IMG/VR virus record: IMGVR_UViG_3300031998_000003
Coordinates: 1 to 64,000 of that record
DNA: 64,000 bases
Strand: one strand, 5' to 3'
Source: a virus
Lineage: Duplodnaviria; Caudoviricetes
Part shown: positions 1 through 8,773 of the stretch, piece by piece
Layout: the number at the start of each line of letters is the position of its first letter
Position numbering within the stretch: position 1 is the first letter of the stretch
Notes under the pieces: generated by a model
Told to the model about the DNA's origin: nothing
What the model saw: only the letters and a program-made list of their open reading frames with translations
Databases searched by the model: none
Position numbers and translations under genes: made by a program

Positions 1-303
1 TGAGTTCTTGGAAACTTGCATATGCTGGAACGCATCAAGTTTTTGATCGATTCTCTGACCGATATTATCGAGGACAGCACCGATCGCACATACAATAGAT
101 TTTGTATTTGCAGAAGGGTTCTTCTTATCGGGTGCAAGGATCGTATCACCTTGCACCCTGATAGAACTCAGTCTGTCATCAACAATAATATTCTCGGAAG
201 GAATGTTATACATTGCCGCAACGCATTCCAATGCCTGAATCAAGCTATCCGATTCAGCAATGGCTTTCTCAACCTGTTCTTTGATTGAGAGTTTATTTGC
301 CAT
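1..303 (-). CDS. Hypothetical (probably virion) protein, 5' part; runs off the window edge
   Basis: ATG at 303 with RBS AAGGAGTG (revcomp of 312-319); open frame MANKLSIKEQVEKAIAESDSLIQALEC... to position 1; directly downstream of the 322-4185 gene on the same strand. Not in the ORF track. Confidence 0.75.
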   Translation of the reverse strand, partial: MANKLSIKEQVEKAIAESDSLIQALECVAAMYNIPSENIIVDDRLSSIRVQGDTILAPDKKNPSANTKSIVCAIGAVLDNIGQRIDQKLDAFQHMQVSKNS

Positions 304-321
304 TATTTATTCACTCCTTTC

Positions 322-3300
322 TCAGCTTCCGGGGGTAGATGTTGCATTATTTTCTCCTGCAGGTGGTACCGCAGGTGCTCCATCATTACTCGCGGGTTGT
401 TCTGCAGGTTTCTGGGGTTGAGCAGCCTGCTCATTTGGGTTGTTCGTTGTCTGATTGCCGCGTTCGGACTTATACTTATCCATGATTTGCTTGTAGACAT
501 CGTAATACACCATGAACATTTCTCTGGTGAAGAAGCTGTTCAGCGCTTTTGTCTGGTAGAGATCATTGATCTTACGATTGATATCAAACAGCTGCTTTGC
601 ACGATCTTCTGGATTGGATGCATTACCTGACTGCGGAGCCTGTGTACTTTGAGCCTGACCTGTTTGTCCTGCTGCAGGAGCCGGTGTTGATGGTGCTGCT
701 GGGGTTTCACCGTCCTCTTGAACAATGCTGTTACCACCGACTTCAATCACATCACTGTGTTGCTGCATCTGAGCTTGCTTCTTCGAATAACTGTCAAGAA
801 GCTTGTCAATTGCGGTGTTACTATCTTTCGCTGCCTTAGTGAATTCATCCAGAAGTTTTTGTGTTCCGGTCAGCGTTTGAATGATGTCATTCCACCAAGC
901 AGTATCCATTTGTACAGGATTCGGATCAGCCCCACGAGTAACTGCATCAGCGTTTGGATTGTTGAACAACAGTACATTTTTAATGCGAGCATCAATGTCT
1001 TTGTCCGAGGGTTTCCCATTCAGGAAATTACGCCAATCATCAGCATTGCCTGGGAATATATTAGCACGAATATCGATTTCAGCCTTATCATCAATAGGAT
1101 TTTTACTGAACTGACCATCGATGTACTTTTTATATACATCCGGTGCAGCTTGAGCATTCTTGACAATAGACTGAACATCAATCTTGAACTTCGGAATTCC
1201 TGTTAGCTTTACAATAAACTGATTCGGACCACTAGCCGACATTGCAGCTCCAATCTCTTTTTGGATATCCTGAACATTCTTGCTGTTCAGATGTGCTGCA
1301 ATGGCCTTATTTCTGGCAGCAAATAGTGTTGGGAACTTTGCAAAAGAATTCGTAAGCCATGTCTCAAACTGACGAATGAGCGATGATACCTTGGATAATG
1401 CGCCAGTCTTCTGAGCAACATTGCTAAGTTTATCACCGAAGCCGGCCTGAATATTCGGTTTCACAGACTGTTCACCATCTTCCTGGTATACGAACTGTTC
1501 GATGTACATATAACCCGGAACCACGGTATCTTCCATGGTGTCATCATGAACAATCAGAACTGTGTTGTTGTGATACAGACGGATTGCATTACGAGTGAAG
1601 CAGTCGCCGAGAACAGCAAGAATGTCTCTGGTGAGATCGCGATTTTCAACGGACCACGAATCACAAATAACTGCATGCATTGCTCCAGCAATCTTGAGCA
1701 GATTATTCGAGATTTCCTCGTTGCTCTTCAGACCACAACCACAATACATCATATGCAGCATCGCAAGTGTCTGTGTAATCGGATGACGTGCTTCGTGACC
1801 AAGCGCATCCAATCGATAGTTTCCATCGAGGAATTGATTTCCATAAGCGATCTCATCAAGCCAGTTGAGATCTGTATCGAATGACATCTTACGATACTGA
1901 TCAACGACAGGATCGTATCCGCGATTGAAGTATGGTCTGAACAGATTCAACGTTGGACCAACTTCAACAGCATTTGCCAGACGTTTACAGGTAGCATACT
2001 TCATCAGGAGATTGTGAATCGGTGAACGCTCATCTTTCAACATGAAGTGAAGAGCGGTCTTGGTTTCCTTAAATCCATTTGTGACATCCTGAAGAACGAT
2101 GTTCTTCATATTGATATCGAACGGAATCTTGGAACGAATGCGGATATCGTCAGTGTCGACGAGGCAGCATTCAGTATAGTATTCAACGAACGGCTTGGAG
2201 ATCTCTTTCTTTTCAAATTTATGTAGTTTCACGTCAACCTTGTCAACATCGTAATTATTAGAGATACCGTCAAATACAAGAACGCACTTGTCCGGAGACG
2301 CTTCAGCACCTTTTGCCATTTGTGCGGGAGAAGGAACACCCTTATCAGAGACACCCTTGCCACACAACTTGATCATGTCGTTGACAAAAGAGGAACAGAT
2401 CTTCTTCATATCATTCTTCGATCCAGCTGTGTTATCATTGAATGCTTTCTTCAGCAGCAATGCAAAATCGTAGATCGTCTTATCACGTTCAGCATACATC
2501 CTTTCACAAGTCTCTCGCATCTTATTATACGATTCATTTGTGACATACAATGCATAGACCGCAATATTCATACCTTTGATATTGGGTGCTTCCAGTCCCT
2601 CACGTTTCAGTGAGAACTTATTTGGATGCTTTGGATCATCTTGCAAACGTGCACCATATGAATACATCGATGACATATCCGAATCGAAAGACAAAGAACA
2701 ATGCGTCCAGTCAGAACGTGTGAAATGTTTGATCAACGGGTCCCACAATGCTTTGCCAGAAGTAACAATAACGAAGACGGGCTTGTATCCAGTAGAATCG
2801 ATGACACCTCTGTCAACAGAAGCTTCGTAGAATGCTCTGGAAAGCTCTTTGTCTTCGAACTTCTTAAGCCGCTTCTCGATTCTGTTCACGTCATAGTTAT
2901 CAGCAATTCCGTCGAACACTTTGACACATTTGTCAGGCATTGCTTCGGCACTGTTAGCCATTTGCGCTGGTGAAGGAACATACTTGGATGAAAGACCCTT
3001 ACCGCACATACGAAGCATATCATTAACGAAAGAAGAACAGAACTTCTTCATCTCGTTCTTTGATCCAACCGTATTGTCGTTTAGCGCCTTCTTAAATAGA
3101 AGGCCGAAGTCGTAGATCGTCTTGTCACGTGCTTCATACTGCTTTTCACATGCTTCACGCATCTTATTGTAAGATTCGTTGGAGATGTAGAGCGCATAAA
3201 CAGCAACGGTTGTACCTTTATAATTCGGATCACCGAAGTTTTCTTTGACCATACCGAACTTCAGTTTCTTATCATCAAAGAGACGTGATGCATATGAATA

Positions 3301-4185
3301 GATCTTCTCAAGATCCGGATCAAACGACAATGAGCAGTGTGTCCACTGGGACTTTGTTACACCCTTAATCAGCGGATCCCAAGGTGCTTCGCCGGAGGAA
3401 ACGATAACAAACACCGGTTTGTAGTTTGAGGTATCAATCACACCACGGTTCACTGTAGCTTCCTGAATAGTACCAGGTTTATCCTTTCTGACAAATGTAG
3501 TGCGCGGTGCAATATAACCAATCATCTGTTCGATGGTACATGCATTCAGTGATACCACAAACAGAATGAATGTCTGGATATATTGCATCAGCATATCGAT
3601 ATTCGGACAGCAGCAACCGAAACCAGGTTCCTGCAATTGCTGTTGAATGATACCCGGAAGCGCTTTCACAACTGCATTGAGAGAAACACCGAGACGCATT
3701 CCTTTCATGCTGTCAAAGTCTTTCTTCATATCAGCTGCACGATGCTTCAGTTCATAGGTGCTGTATACCGAACGATCAAAGAAGGTATTCTCTGTCTGCA
3801 CAAGAATATCCATCAAGGTCTGTGTGCGGACATCAACATACGTGGATGTTGCAAACAGATTGTCTGCTGCAAGTTTTGGACCACCGTTCTCCAGTACGAA
3901 TTGTTTTGCCATTTCGACCGAGAACTTTTCCAGATCGTCGGGGGATGGTTCGATCAGACGGAATGCAATCGCTCTGAACAGATTGGATACGTAAGTTGAA
4001 ACATCTTTCGGTGTAATCTGAATCAACTGGTAACGAGTGTTGCAGACACCGTATCCTTCATCGAACGATTTTCCGCCGACTAGATCCTGAAGCTTATCCA
4101 ATGCACCGTCATATATTTTCAAAGATGCATTCAACATGCGTTCAAAATCCATGCTGAATTGGATCTTGTTGTCCTTAGGATTCAT
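322..4185 (-). CDS. Large head/virion protein with two tandem permuted papain-like (NlpC/P60, YiiX/YaeF-type) domains
   Basis: Two ~212-aa repeats each with His before Cys (TKSQWTHCSL...KFCSSFV; TRSDWTHCSL...KICSSFV); boundaries at TIQE|A, FYE|A, FVE/YTE; further VYQED and IVQED; low-complexity C-terminal tail; late-type promoter upstream. Confidence 0.75.
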   Translation of the reverse strand: MNPKDNKIQFSMDFERMLNASLKIYDGALDKLQDLVGGKSFDEGYGVCNTRYQLIQITPKDVSTYVSNLFRAIAFRLIEPSPDDLEKFSVEMAKQFVLENGGPKLAADNLFATSTYVDVRTQTLMDILVQTENTFFDRSVYSTYELKHRAADMKKDFDSMKGMRLGVSLNAVVKALPGIIQQQLQEPGFGCCCPNIDMLMQYIQTFILFVVSLNACTIEQMIGYIAPRTTFVRKDKPGTIQEATVNRGVIDTSNYKPVFVIVSSGEAPWDPLIKGVTKSQWTHCSLSFDPDLEKIYSYASRLFDDKKLKFGMVKENFGDPNYKGTTVAVYALYISNESYNKMREACEKQYEARDKTIYDFGLLFKKALNDNTVGSKNEMKKFCSSFVNDMLRMCGKGLSSKYVPSPAQMANSAEAMPDKCVKVFDGIADNYDVNRIEKRLKKFEDKELSRAFYEASVDRGVIDSTGYKPVFVIVTSGKALWDPLIKHFTRSDWTHCSLSFDSDMSSMYSYGARLQDDPKHPNKFSLKREGLEAPNIKGMNIAVYALYVTNESYNKMRETCERMYAERDKTIYDFALLLKKAFNDNTAGSKNDMKKICSSFVNDMIKLCGKGVSDKGVPSPAQMAKGAEASPDKCVLVFDGISNNYDVDKVDVKLHKFEKKEISKPFVEYYTECCLVDTDDIRIRSKIPFDINMKNIVLQDVTNGFKETKTALHFMLKDERSPIHNLLMKYATCKRLANAVEVGPTLNLFRPYFNRGYDPVVDQYRKMSFDTDLNWLDEIAYGNQFLDGNYRLDALGHEARHPITQTLAMLHMMYCGCGLKSNEEISNNLLKIAGAMHAVICDSWSVENRDLTRDILAVLGDCFTRNAIRLYHNNTVLIVHDDTMEDTVVPGYMYIEQFVYQEDGEQSVKPNIQAGFGDKLSNVAQKTGALSKVSSLIRQFETWLTNSFAKFPTLFAARNKAIAAHLNSKNVQDIQKEIGAAMSASGPNQFIVKLTGIPKFKIDVQSIVKNAQAAPDVYKKYIDGQFSKNPIDDKAEIDIRANIFPGNADDWRNFLNGKPSDKDIDARIKNVLLFNNPNADAVTRGADPNPVQMDTAWWNDIIQTLTGTQKLLDEFTKAAKDSNTAIDKLLDSYSKKQAQMQQHSDVIEVGGNSIVQEDGETPAAPSTPAPAAGQTGQAQSTQAPQSGNASNPEDRAKQLFDINRKINDLYQTKALNSFFTREMFMVYYDVYKQIMDKYKSERGNQTTNNPNEQAAQPQKPAEQPASNDGAPAVPPAGENNATSTPGS
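2182..3459 (-). repeat. Tandem intragenic duplication (~640 bp x2) encoding the papain-like domains
   Basis: Units 2824-3459 and 2182-2823 align closely at protein level (RGVIDT/S..YKPVFVIV.SG.A.WDPLIK..., DKTIYDF.LL.KKA.NDNT.GSKN.MKK.CSSFVNDM). Confidence 0.9.
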
Positions 4186-4236
4186 GACTCATTCTCCTTT
4201 TCATTAAATTTTGGAAGTAGAAAAAACCTCATAGGT

Positions 4237-4250
4237 TTAACATCGAGTTT
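4237..4250 (-). promoter_or_regulatory. Late-type phage promoter AAAC-N7-TAA
   Basis: AAAC TCGATGT TAA on the - strand, upstream of 322-4185; same spacing at seven other sites. Confidence 0.65.
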
Positions 4251-4317
4251 TCAAACTATACAATTTTCTTGTTTCAAAAAAAAAAATGATTTTTGAAACA
4301 TATAATATTCACTTGTA

Positions 4318-4406
4318 GTGAATCAATAACTTCGTCATTGATTCAAAGTTAATGAACATCCTCATCGCTTCGCTCTTTTGATGTTCTATTAACTTCAATC
4401 GTTCAC
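4318..4406. other. Intergenic branched inverted-repeat element
   Basis: TGAATCAAT/ATTGATTCA and AAGTTAAT-GAACATC/GATGTTC-T-ATTAACTT stems enclosed by GTGAA/TTCAC; next to an A11 tract. Confidence 0.5.
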
Positions 4407-4460
4407 GAAATTGGGAAATTTTTTCAAATAATGATCCTGAGATTTGTTCCTGATAGGAAG

Positions 4461-4474
4461 AAACCGCTTCTTAA
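4461..4474 (+). promoter_or_regulatory. Late-type phage promoter AAAC-N7-TAA
   Basis: AAAC CGCTTCT TAA, followed by RBS GGAGGTG and TTG at 4500. Confidence 0.6.
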
Positions 4475-4499
4475 AAATTCACCACTGGAGGTGTTTGAA

Positions 4500-5246
4500 T
4501 TGCGTAACACGAGATGTTTGTTTTGTCCGAAAATATTCAATGACAAACACAAATACTGTCATCATGTAGCATCTCAGCATAACGATCAAATTCCAGAGGA
4601 CCAGGAGCCTCTGGAATTTGCATATTCTCTGTTGGTTCATAAACCAGTCGGAAGACTTTGTGTTATTTGTAAAAAGAATTCTGTCAATTTCAATCGAGAG
4701 AGTTTAAAATACGACAGACTTTGTTCAAATCCCCAATGCAAAGAAGAATATGTCAAAATCATGAAAGCCCGTATGGTAAAAGTTTACGGGCAGGAACATC
4801 TGCTAAATGATGCTGATCAACAACGGAAAATGATTTCGAATCATCCCAATGCGAGAGACTTTGTATGGGATGCTCAACACAAATTCCGTATCATAGGTAC
4901 ATATGAAGAAGATTTCCTTAGAAAGCTGAAATCGATAGGTTGGAGTCCGAACGATATTATCGCTCCATCTCCAAATAACTATTGGTACAAATGGAAAGAC
5001 GGAACTCTTCATTTGTATATCCCGGATTTCTACATCCCATCTCTCTCATTGGAAGTTGAAATCAAGGAATCCGATAACCAACATCCAAGAATGGAACATT
5101 CCAGAGAGATTGAATATCTCAAAGACGCGCGAATGAAAGCTGAGACCCAGAAATCATCTATCAACTACATCAAGATCGTTGACAAGAACTATGACGAATT
5201 CATGAGAGACTACGTCAAGTCGGACCAGAACCAACCTGAGGGGTGA
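4500..5246 (+). CDS. Zn-finger plus PD-(D/E)xK (TnsA-like / head-completion-type) endonuclease
   Basis: C2H2 motif CLFC...HVASQH, CVIC...CSNPQC, and nuclease motif YIPDFY...VEIK. The TTG start at 4500 is preferred over ATG 4431 because of the RBS and promoter position. Confidence 0.65.
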   Translation: MRNTRCLFCPKIFNDKHKYCHHVASQHNDQIPEDQEPLEFAYSLLVHKPVGRLCVICKKNSVNFNRESLKYDRLCSNPQCKEEYVKIMKARMVKVYGQEHLLNDADQQRKMISNHPNARDFVWDAQHKFRIIGTYEEDFLRKLKSIGWSPNDIIAPSPNNYWYKWKDGTLHLYIPDFYIPSLSLEVEIKESDNQHPRMEHSREIEYLKDARMKAETQKSSINYIKIVDKNYDEFMRDYVKSDQNQPEG

Positions 5247-5251
5247 TCAAT

Positions 5252-5740
5252 ATGTTGGATGAAAAAGGTATCACACTTGCTGAAGTCGAACATAAATATC
5301 CCAGAGTATTTCAAGCGTTGGGATATGATGTATTAATGGATACAGATTCATTCAACAAACCACGTGTTATTTCCACATTTGAAATGTGTGTCAACGCGGT
5401 TCTTTGTTTGTTGAAGATGAAGCCTGGTCAATATCCATCGATTCCTGAATTGGGTCTGGATGTCGAACAATACTTGCATGAGTATTCTGATGACAAGACC
5501 ATACCAGCGACACTAAAAACAAAACTCTACAATCAGTTGAACATGTTGGAGTTGACTGGAATCGAAATCGAAATCATGTTTGACAGAACTGATGATGGAC
5601 ACGATGCATTACTCATTCAAATTACGGGTAATGACAAGCTTGAATATGGCGAGAAACTGTCACCCGTAATCATAGGAATTACATATGATGAACTAAATCG
5701 TTTGTATTCCAAAGTTTCATATGCCAAAGATAGGAGTTGA
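5252..5740 (+). CDS. Baseplate wedge protein, T4 gp25-like
   Basis: LLKMKPGQYPSIPELGLDVEQYLHE resembles the gp25 G-x-x-P-x-x-P-x-x-G signature; length fits. Confidence 0.6.
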   Translation: MLDEKGITLAEVEHKYPRVFQALGYDVLMDTDSFNKPRVISTFEMCVNAVLCLLKMKPGQYPSIPELGLDVEQYLHEYSDDKTIPATLKTKLYNQLNMLELTGIEIEIMFDRTDDGHDALLIQITGNDKLEYGEKLSPVIIGITYDELNRLYSKVSYAKDRS

Positions 5741-5745
5741 ATGTA

Positions 5746-5868
5746 ATGGCAAAGATGCGCAGAACCGAAGATCCGGAAAAGGTTATCGAAGCAATCAATC
5801 CGGATATGGATGAAGAAACCTCGAACGGTCGAGGTGATGATGAGAAAGAGGAGGAGAAACCGTCATGA
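5746..5868 (+). CDS. Small acidic 40-aa peptide overlapping the amidase start (ATGA)
   Basis: RBS AGGAG at 5732-5736; MAKMRRTEDPEKVIEAINPDMDEETSNGRGDDEKEEEKPS*; the stop overlaps ATG 5865. Confidence 0.6.
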   Translation: MAKMRRTEDPEKVIEAINPDMDEETSNGRGDDEKEEEKPS

Positions 5869-7913
5869 GTAACTTTACGAACTCACCGCTAGCAACGTAT
5901 ACACGCATCTCACCAAATAAGAATTCCCCAAGAACTGAAGACAAGATCACAAAGATCATCGTTCATCATATGGCCGGTGTTGCATCTGTTGAATCATTTG
6001 GTGAACTCGTTTCAAGACCTGAAAGACAAATGTCTGCAAACTATGCAATCGGCAATGATGGACGTATCGGTCTATACTGTGAAGAGAAGGATCGTTGCTG
6101 GTGTTCATCTTCCAGATGGGCGGACAATCGCGGTATCGCGATTGAAGTATCCAACTCAAAGCTGGGAGAACCATGGCCAGTGTCTACCAAAGCATGGAAT
6201 TCTTTGGTGAATCTGTGTGCTGACATCTGCAAGAGAAACGGAATTCCGAAGATGACATATACCGGTGATACAAACGGTGTGTTGATGTTCCACCGTTGGT
6301 TTGCTGCAACTGGATGTGTTCCGATTGATACTACCGAGGTTTTGACACGTGAAGGATGGATCCCGATTCGTGATGTCAAAATCGGTGATGTGATTGCAAC
6401 AGTATCTCCGAAGGATACTTCAATCCGGTTCGATCGTGTTGAGAACATGACTCCTGTCCATAAGGATACCGTGTTTACAACAAATGGCATGTCTATCACA
6501 CGGGAACACAGAGTTCTGTACTCTGATCCGCATAAAATGGGACTCAGTATTGATGAGTACCAAAAGATCTGCAATCAACAGTTCGCGGTTCTGAATGCTG
6601 GAACATACAATGCCTCCGGCATGCCAATCTCTTCATCAGAGATGGTGTTCCTGCTTGAGATGCAGCGTGTTGGTACATATAATGAAGCTGACAAGTGTCT
6701 GGAATTCACATACATCATGGAATCCCGTGTTCAGTATTTCTACGGCTTGCTGACAAATCTCGGATACAAGTTTACCAAGGTTCAGGATGATCTCGGTCCG
6801 GTCAGATTCACAATCTATGATGATAATGCTTGGAGTCTGTGTCAGACATATCTGTCCGGCAAGGACTTCAATTGGAAATGGCTGGAGATGAATCCGACAC
6901 AATTCTCATATTTCATCTACAAAGCAACTTCTCATGTCGATACCGGTTGGGATCGGAAATACATTTCTGAATCAATGGTGAACATCAATGTGATCCAGGC
7001 GCTATGCGCATTCAATGAGCGTGGATCCAAATATGTGGAATCTGAGAATGCATTGTATGTCGAGCAAGGTTTCCGAATGATTAATCCGCGTGATGTTGTC
7101 ACAACAGATGATGTTGAAGTCGCATGTGTCACTGTCAAATCCGGATGCTTCTTGATGAGACAGCACGGCGTGACCACACTCACTGGAAACTGTCCCGGAG
7201 AATATTTGTTCTCTCGTGCACAACAGCTGTGTGATGAAGTCAATGCAAAGCTCGGTACTCCTAAAGATCCTGTAAAGCCGAAACCGAGTGATGAACCCGT
7301 CCCAGTTGAACTGGCTCCCGGAGTGTTGGTATCAATTCAGTCTGGAGCAACATACTACGATGGTGGATCAATTCCAACATGGGTGATCAATCAGAGATGG
7401 TATGTTGATTCTGTATCTGGTGACAGAGTTGTCATCAATCAGAATGAGTCCAGGAATGCTGCAATCGAATCACCGATCAATGCAAAGTACCTGACGGTTG
7501 TTCAGAATGCTGGTGCTCCGATTGAAAAATCTTTCGAACCATACATCATACCGTTGTCAGCTGGTACACAAATCTATCAGCTTGTCGGTGATAAGCTGTA
7601 TGCAAAAGAAAAAATCAAAGTATCCAGCAGATACACCATTGTCCAGGAGACTGCGGCAGGAAGCGCCAAAGTTGGTCTACTGAAGTCCGGTGTTGGCTGG
7701 GTGAAACTCGGTGCATCTAATGACACTGACACTACAATCAATCCAGGAGACACCGTTGAAGTTCTGAAGAATGAACTGTATGGTGGCGGAACCTTCACGG
7801 TCTATGAGACGGAATATAAGGTTCTTCGTGTAAACGGAGATCGTGTTGTTATCTCTTCTGATGGAAAGAACGTGACTGCAGCTGTGAAAGCATCCAATCT
7901 GCGGAAAAAATAA
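5865..7913 (+). CDS. N-acetylmuramoyl-L-alanine amidase (Amidase_2) endolysin with intein and C-terminal SH3-like cell-wall-binding domains
   Basis: KIIVHHMAG, SANYAIG, IAIEVSN, HRWFAATG^CPG amidase motifs with an intein between G and CPG; three C-terminal SH3-like modules. Confidence 0.9.
   Translation: MSNFTNSPLATYTRISPNKNSPRTEDKITKIIVHHMAGVASVESFGELVSRPERQMSANYAIGNDGRIGLYCEEKDRCWCSSSRWADNRGIAIEVSNSKLGEPWPVSTKAWNSLVNLCADICKRNGIPKMTYTGDTNGVLMFHRWFAATGCVPIDTTEVLTREGWIPIRDVKIGDVIATVSPKDTSIRFDRVENMTPVHKDTVFTTNGMSITREHRVLYSDPHKMGLSIDEYQKICNQQFAVLNAGTYNASGMPISSSEMVFLLEMQRVGTYNEADKCLEFTYIMESRVQYFYGLLTNLGYKFTKVQDDLGPVRFTIYDDNAWSLCQTYLSGKDFNWKWLEMNPTQFSYFIYKATSHVDTGWDRKYISESMVNINVIQALCAFNERGSKYVESENALYVEQGFRMINPRDVVTTDDVEVACVTVKSGCFLMRQHGVTTLTGNCPGEYLFSRAQQLCDEVNAKLGTPKDPVKPKPSDEPVPVELAPGVLVSIQSGATYYDGGSIPTWVINQRWYVDSVSGDRVVINQNESRNAAIESPINAKYLTVVQNAGAPIEKSFEPYIIPLSAGTQIYQLVGDKLYAKEKIKVSSRYTIVQETAAGSAKVGLLKSGVGWVKLGASNDTDTTINPGDTVEVLKNELYGGGTFTVYETEYKVLRVNGDRVVISSDGKNVTAAVKASNLRKK
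6315..7190 (+). mobile_element. Intein (292 aa) with a degenerate LAGLIDADG-type middle region
   Basis: Block A CVPIDTTEVLTREGWIPIRDVKIGD, block B ITREHRV, block F VACVTVKSGCFL, block G TGN followed by Cys+1; removing it restores HRWFAATG-CPGEYL. Confidence 0.92.
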
Positions 7914-7922
7914 AAAAAAAAG

Positions 7923-7948
7923 AATGGGGGCGCGAAAGCGCCCCCATT
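7923..7948. terminator. Intrinsic terminator between convergent genes
   Basis: AATGGGGGCGC-GAAA-GCGCCCCCATT with an A-tract on the left. Confidence 0.85.
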
Positions 7949-7967
7949 TCTCTTGCATACCTTTCGT

Positions 7968-8267
7968 TTAATTTTTATACTGGACCCAACTCCAGTTGTT
8001 GTATCCACCATCACAATACGTGCGGATTTTAATTGTTACAGCTCCATGCATATTGTCAAATTGCGTGAACCACCCGAGAAGTATTGCATCCATTTCGGTA
8101 TGGTCGATCAGCTGGTCAATTTTTCCTGTCCGGAAATGCCAGCCATCATTGAGCAGTATGATTTTCTCAATGTTACCCATCCGATTGAATACCACCAGGT
8201 CCCCTTTCAGGGTGAATGCGCATCCCAACAGTGCAAGCGGGATGTATTCGAATTTTTTCTCTTTCAT
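7968..8267 (-). CDS. Hypothetical protein (early-type)
   Basis: RBS AGGAGA then MKEKKFEYIP...; 99 aa. Confidence 0.6.
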   Translation of the reverse strand: MKEKKFEYIPLALLGCAFTLKGDLVVFNRMGNIEKIILLNDGWHFRTGKIDQLIDHTEMDAILLGWFTQFDNMHGAVTIKIRTYCDGGYNNWSWVQYKN

Positions 8268-8322
8268 ATTTGATGTTCTCCTTTCAAAAAAGAACCGCAC
8301 ATTCATGCGGTTCTTTCTTTGT

Positions 8323-8571
8323 TTAGCGCCAGCTATCCGGCAGTGGACTGTAGTCCATACCGCTACCGAGACCAGCAAGCGACGTGCTGTTGTCGCAGCG
8401 ACTGCTTCCGCAGTGATCGTGAATCACCATAATAGCTGCTGTAACGCATACGGCCGTTACTGCAACCGCTGTAATACCGCCGACGATCGCGACGGCTTTA
8501 GCACCTTTGTAGAATTTTTGCAGATCATCTGCTTCCGGCCACATTTCACCGGTGTTCTCATTACTGTACAT
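8323..8571 (-). CDS. Small membrane protein
   Basis: RBS AAAGGAG; one hydrophobic segment AVAIVGGITAVAVTAVCVTAAIMVI; early-type promoter at 8655-8664. Confidence 0.6.
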   Translation of the reverse strand: MYSNENTGEMWPEADDLQKFYKGAKAVAIVGGITAVAVTAVCVTAAIMVIHDHCGSSRCDNSTSLAGLGSGMDYSPLPDSWR

Positions 8572-8644
8572 AAGTACTCCTTTCCGTCCTTACGGACTAT
8601 AAATAGTGGATTCAGCGCTGAATACCGTAAGATTTTACCGCTGG

Positions 8645-8680
8645 TATTCACATTAATAATATATAGATAGAATCCTGAAA
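8645..8680 (-). promoter_or_regulatory. Early-type phage promoter (ATATATTATT core)
   Basis: CTATCTATATATTATTAATGTGAATA on the - strand is identical over 26 nt to 48472-48497 on the + strand. Confidence 0.7.
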
Positions 8681-8710
8681 TAGTAGGTAAAGATAATCAA
8701 ATTTGAGCGC

Positions 8711-8720
8711 ATATATTATT
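8711..8720 (+). promoter_or_regulatory. Early-type phage promoter core ATATATTATT
   Basis: Upstream of the DNA polymerase N-half / gyrase / helicase operon. Confidence 0.6.
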
Positions 8721-8773
8721 TCCACGAAGACGGGAGGACTTCATATCAAAAAATTTTTCAAGGAGGATACAAG

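Noticed and set aside
16-288. 90-aa + strand ORF from the track
   Set aside because: Shadow of a - strand gene starting at 303 that has a good RBS and continues the upstream operon.
4431-4499. N-terminal extension of the nuclease ORF from ATG 4431
   Set aside because: The late-type promoter (4461-4474) and RBS GGAGGTG lie inside it; TTG 4500 is the better start.
7996-8670. 224-aa + strand ORF
   Set aside because: No RBS or promoter; overlaps two - strand genes that have RBSs and an early promoter.
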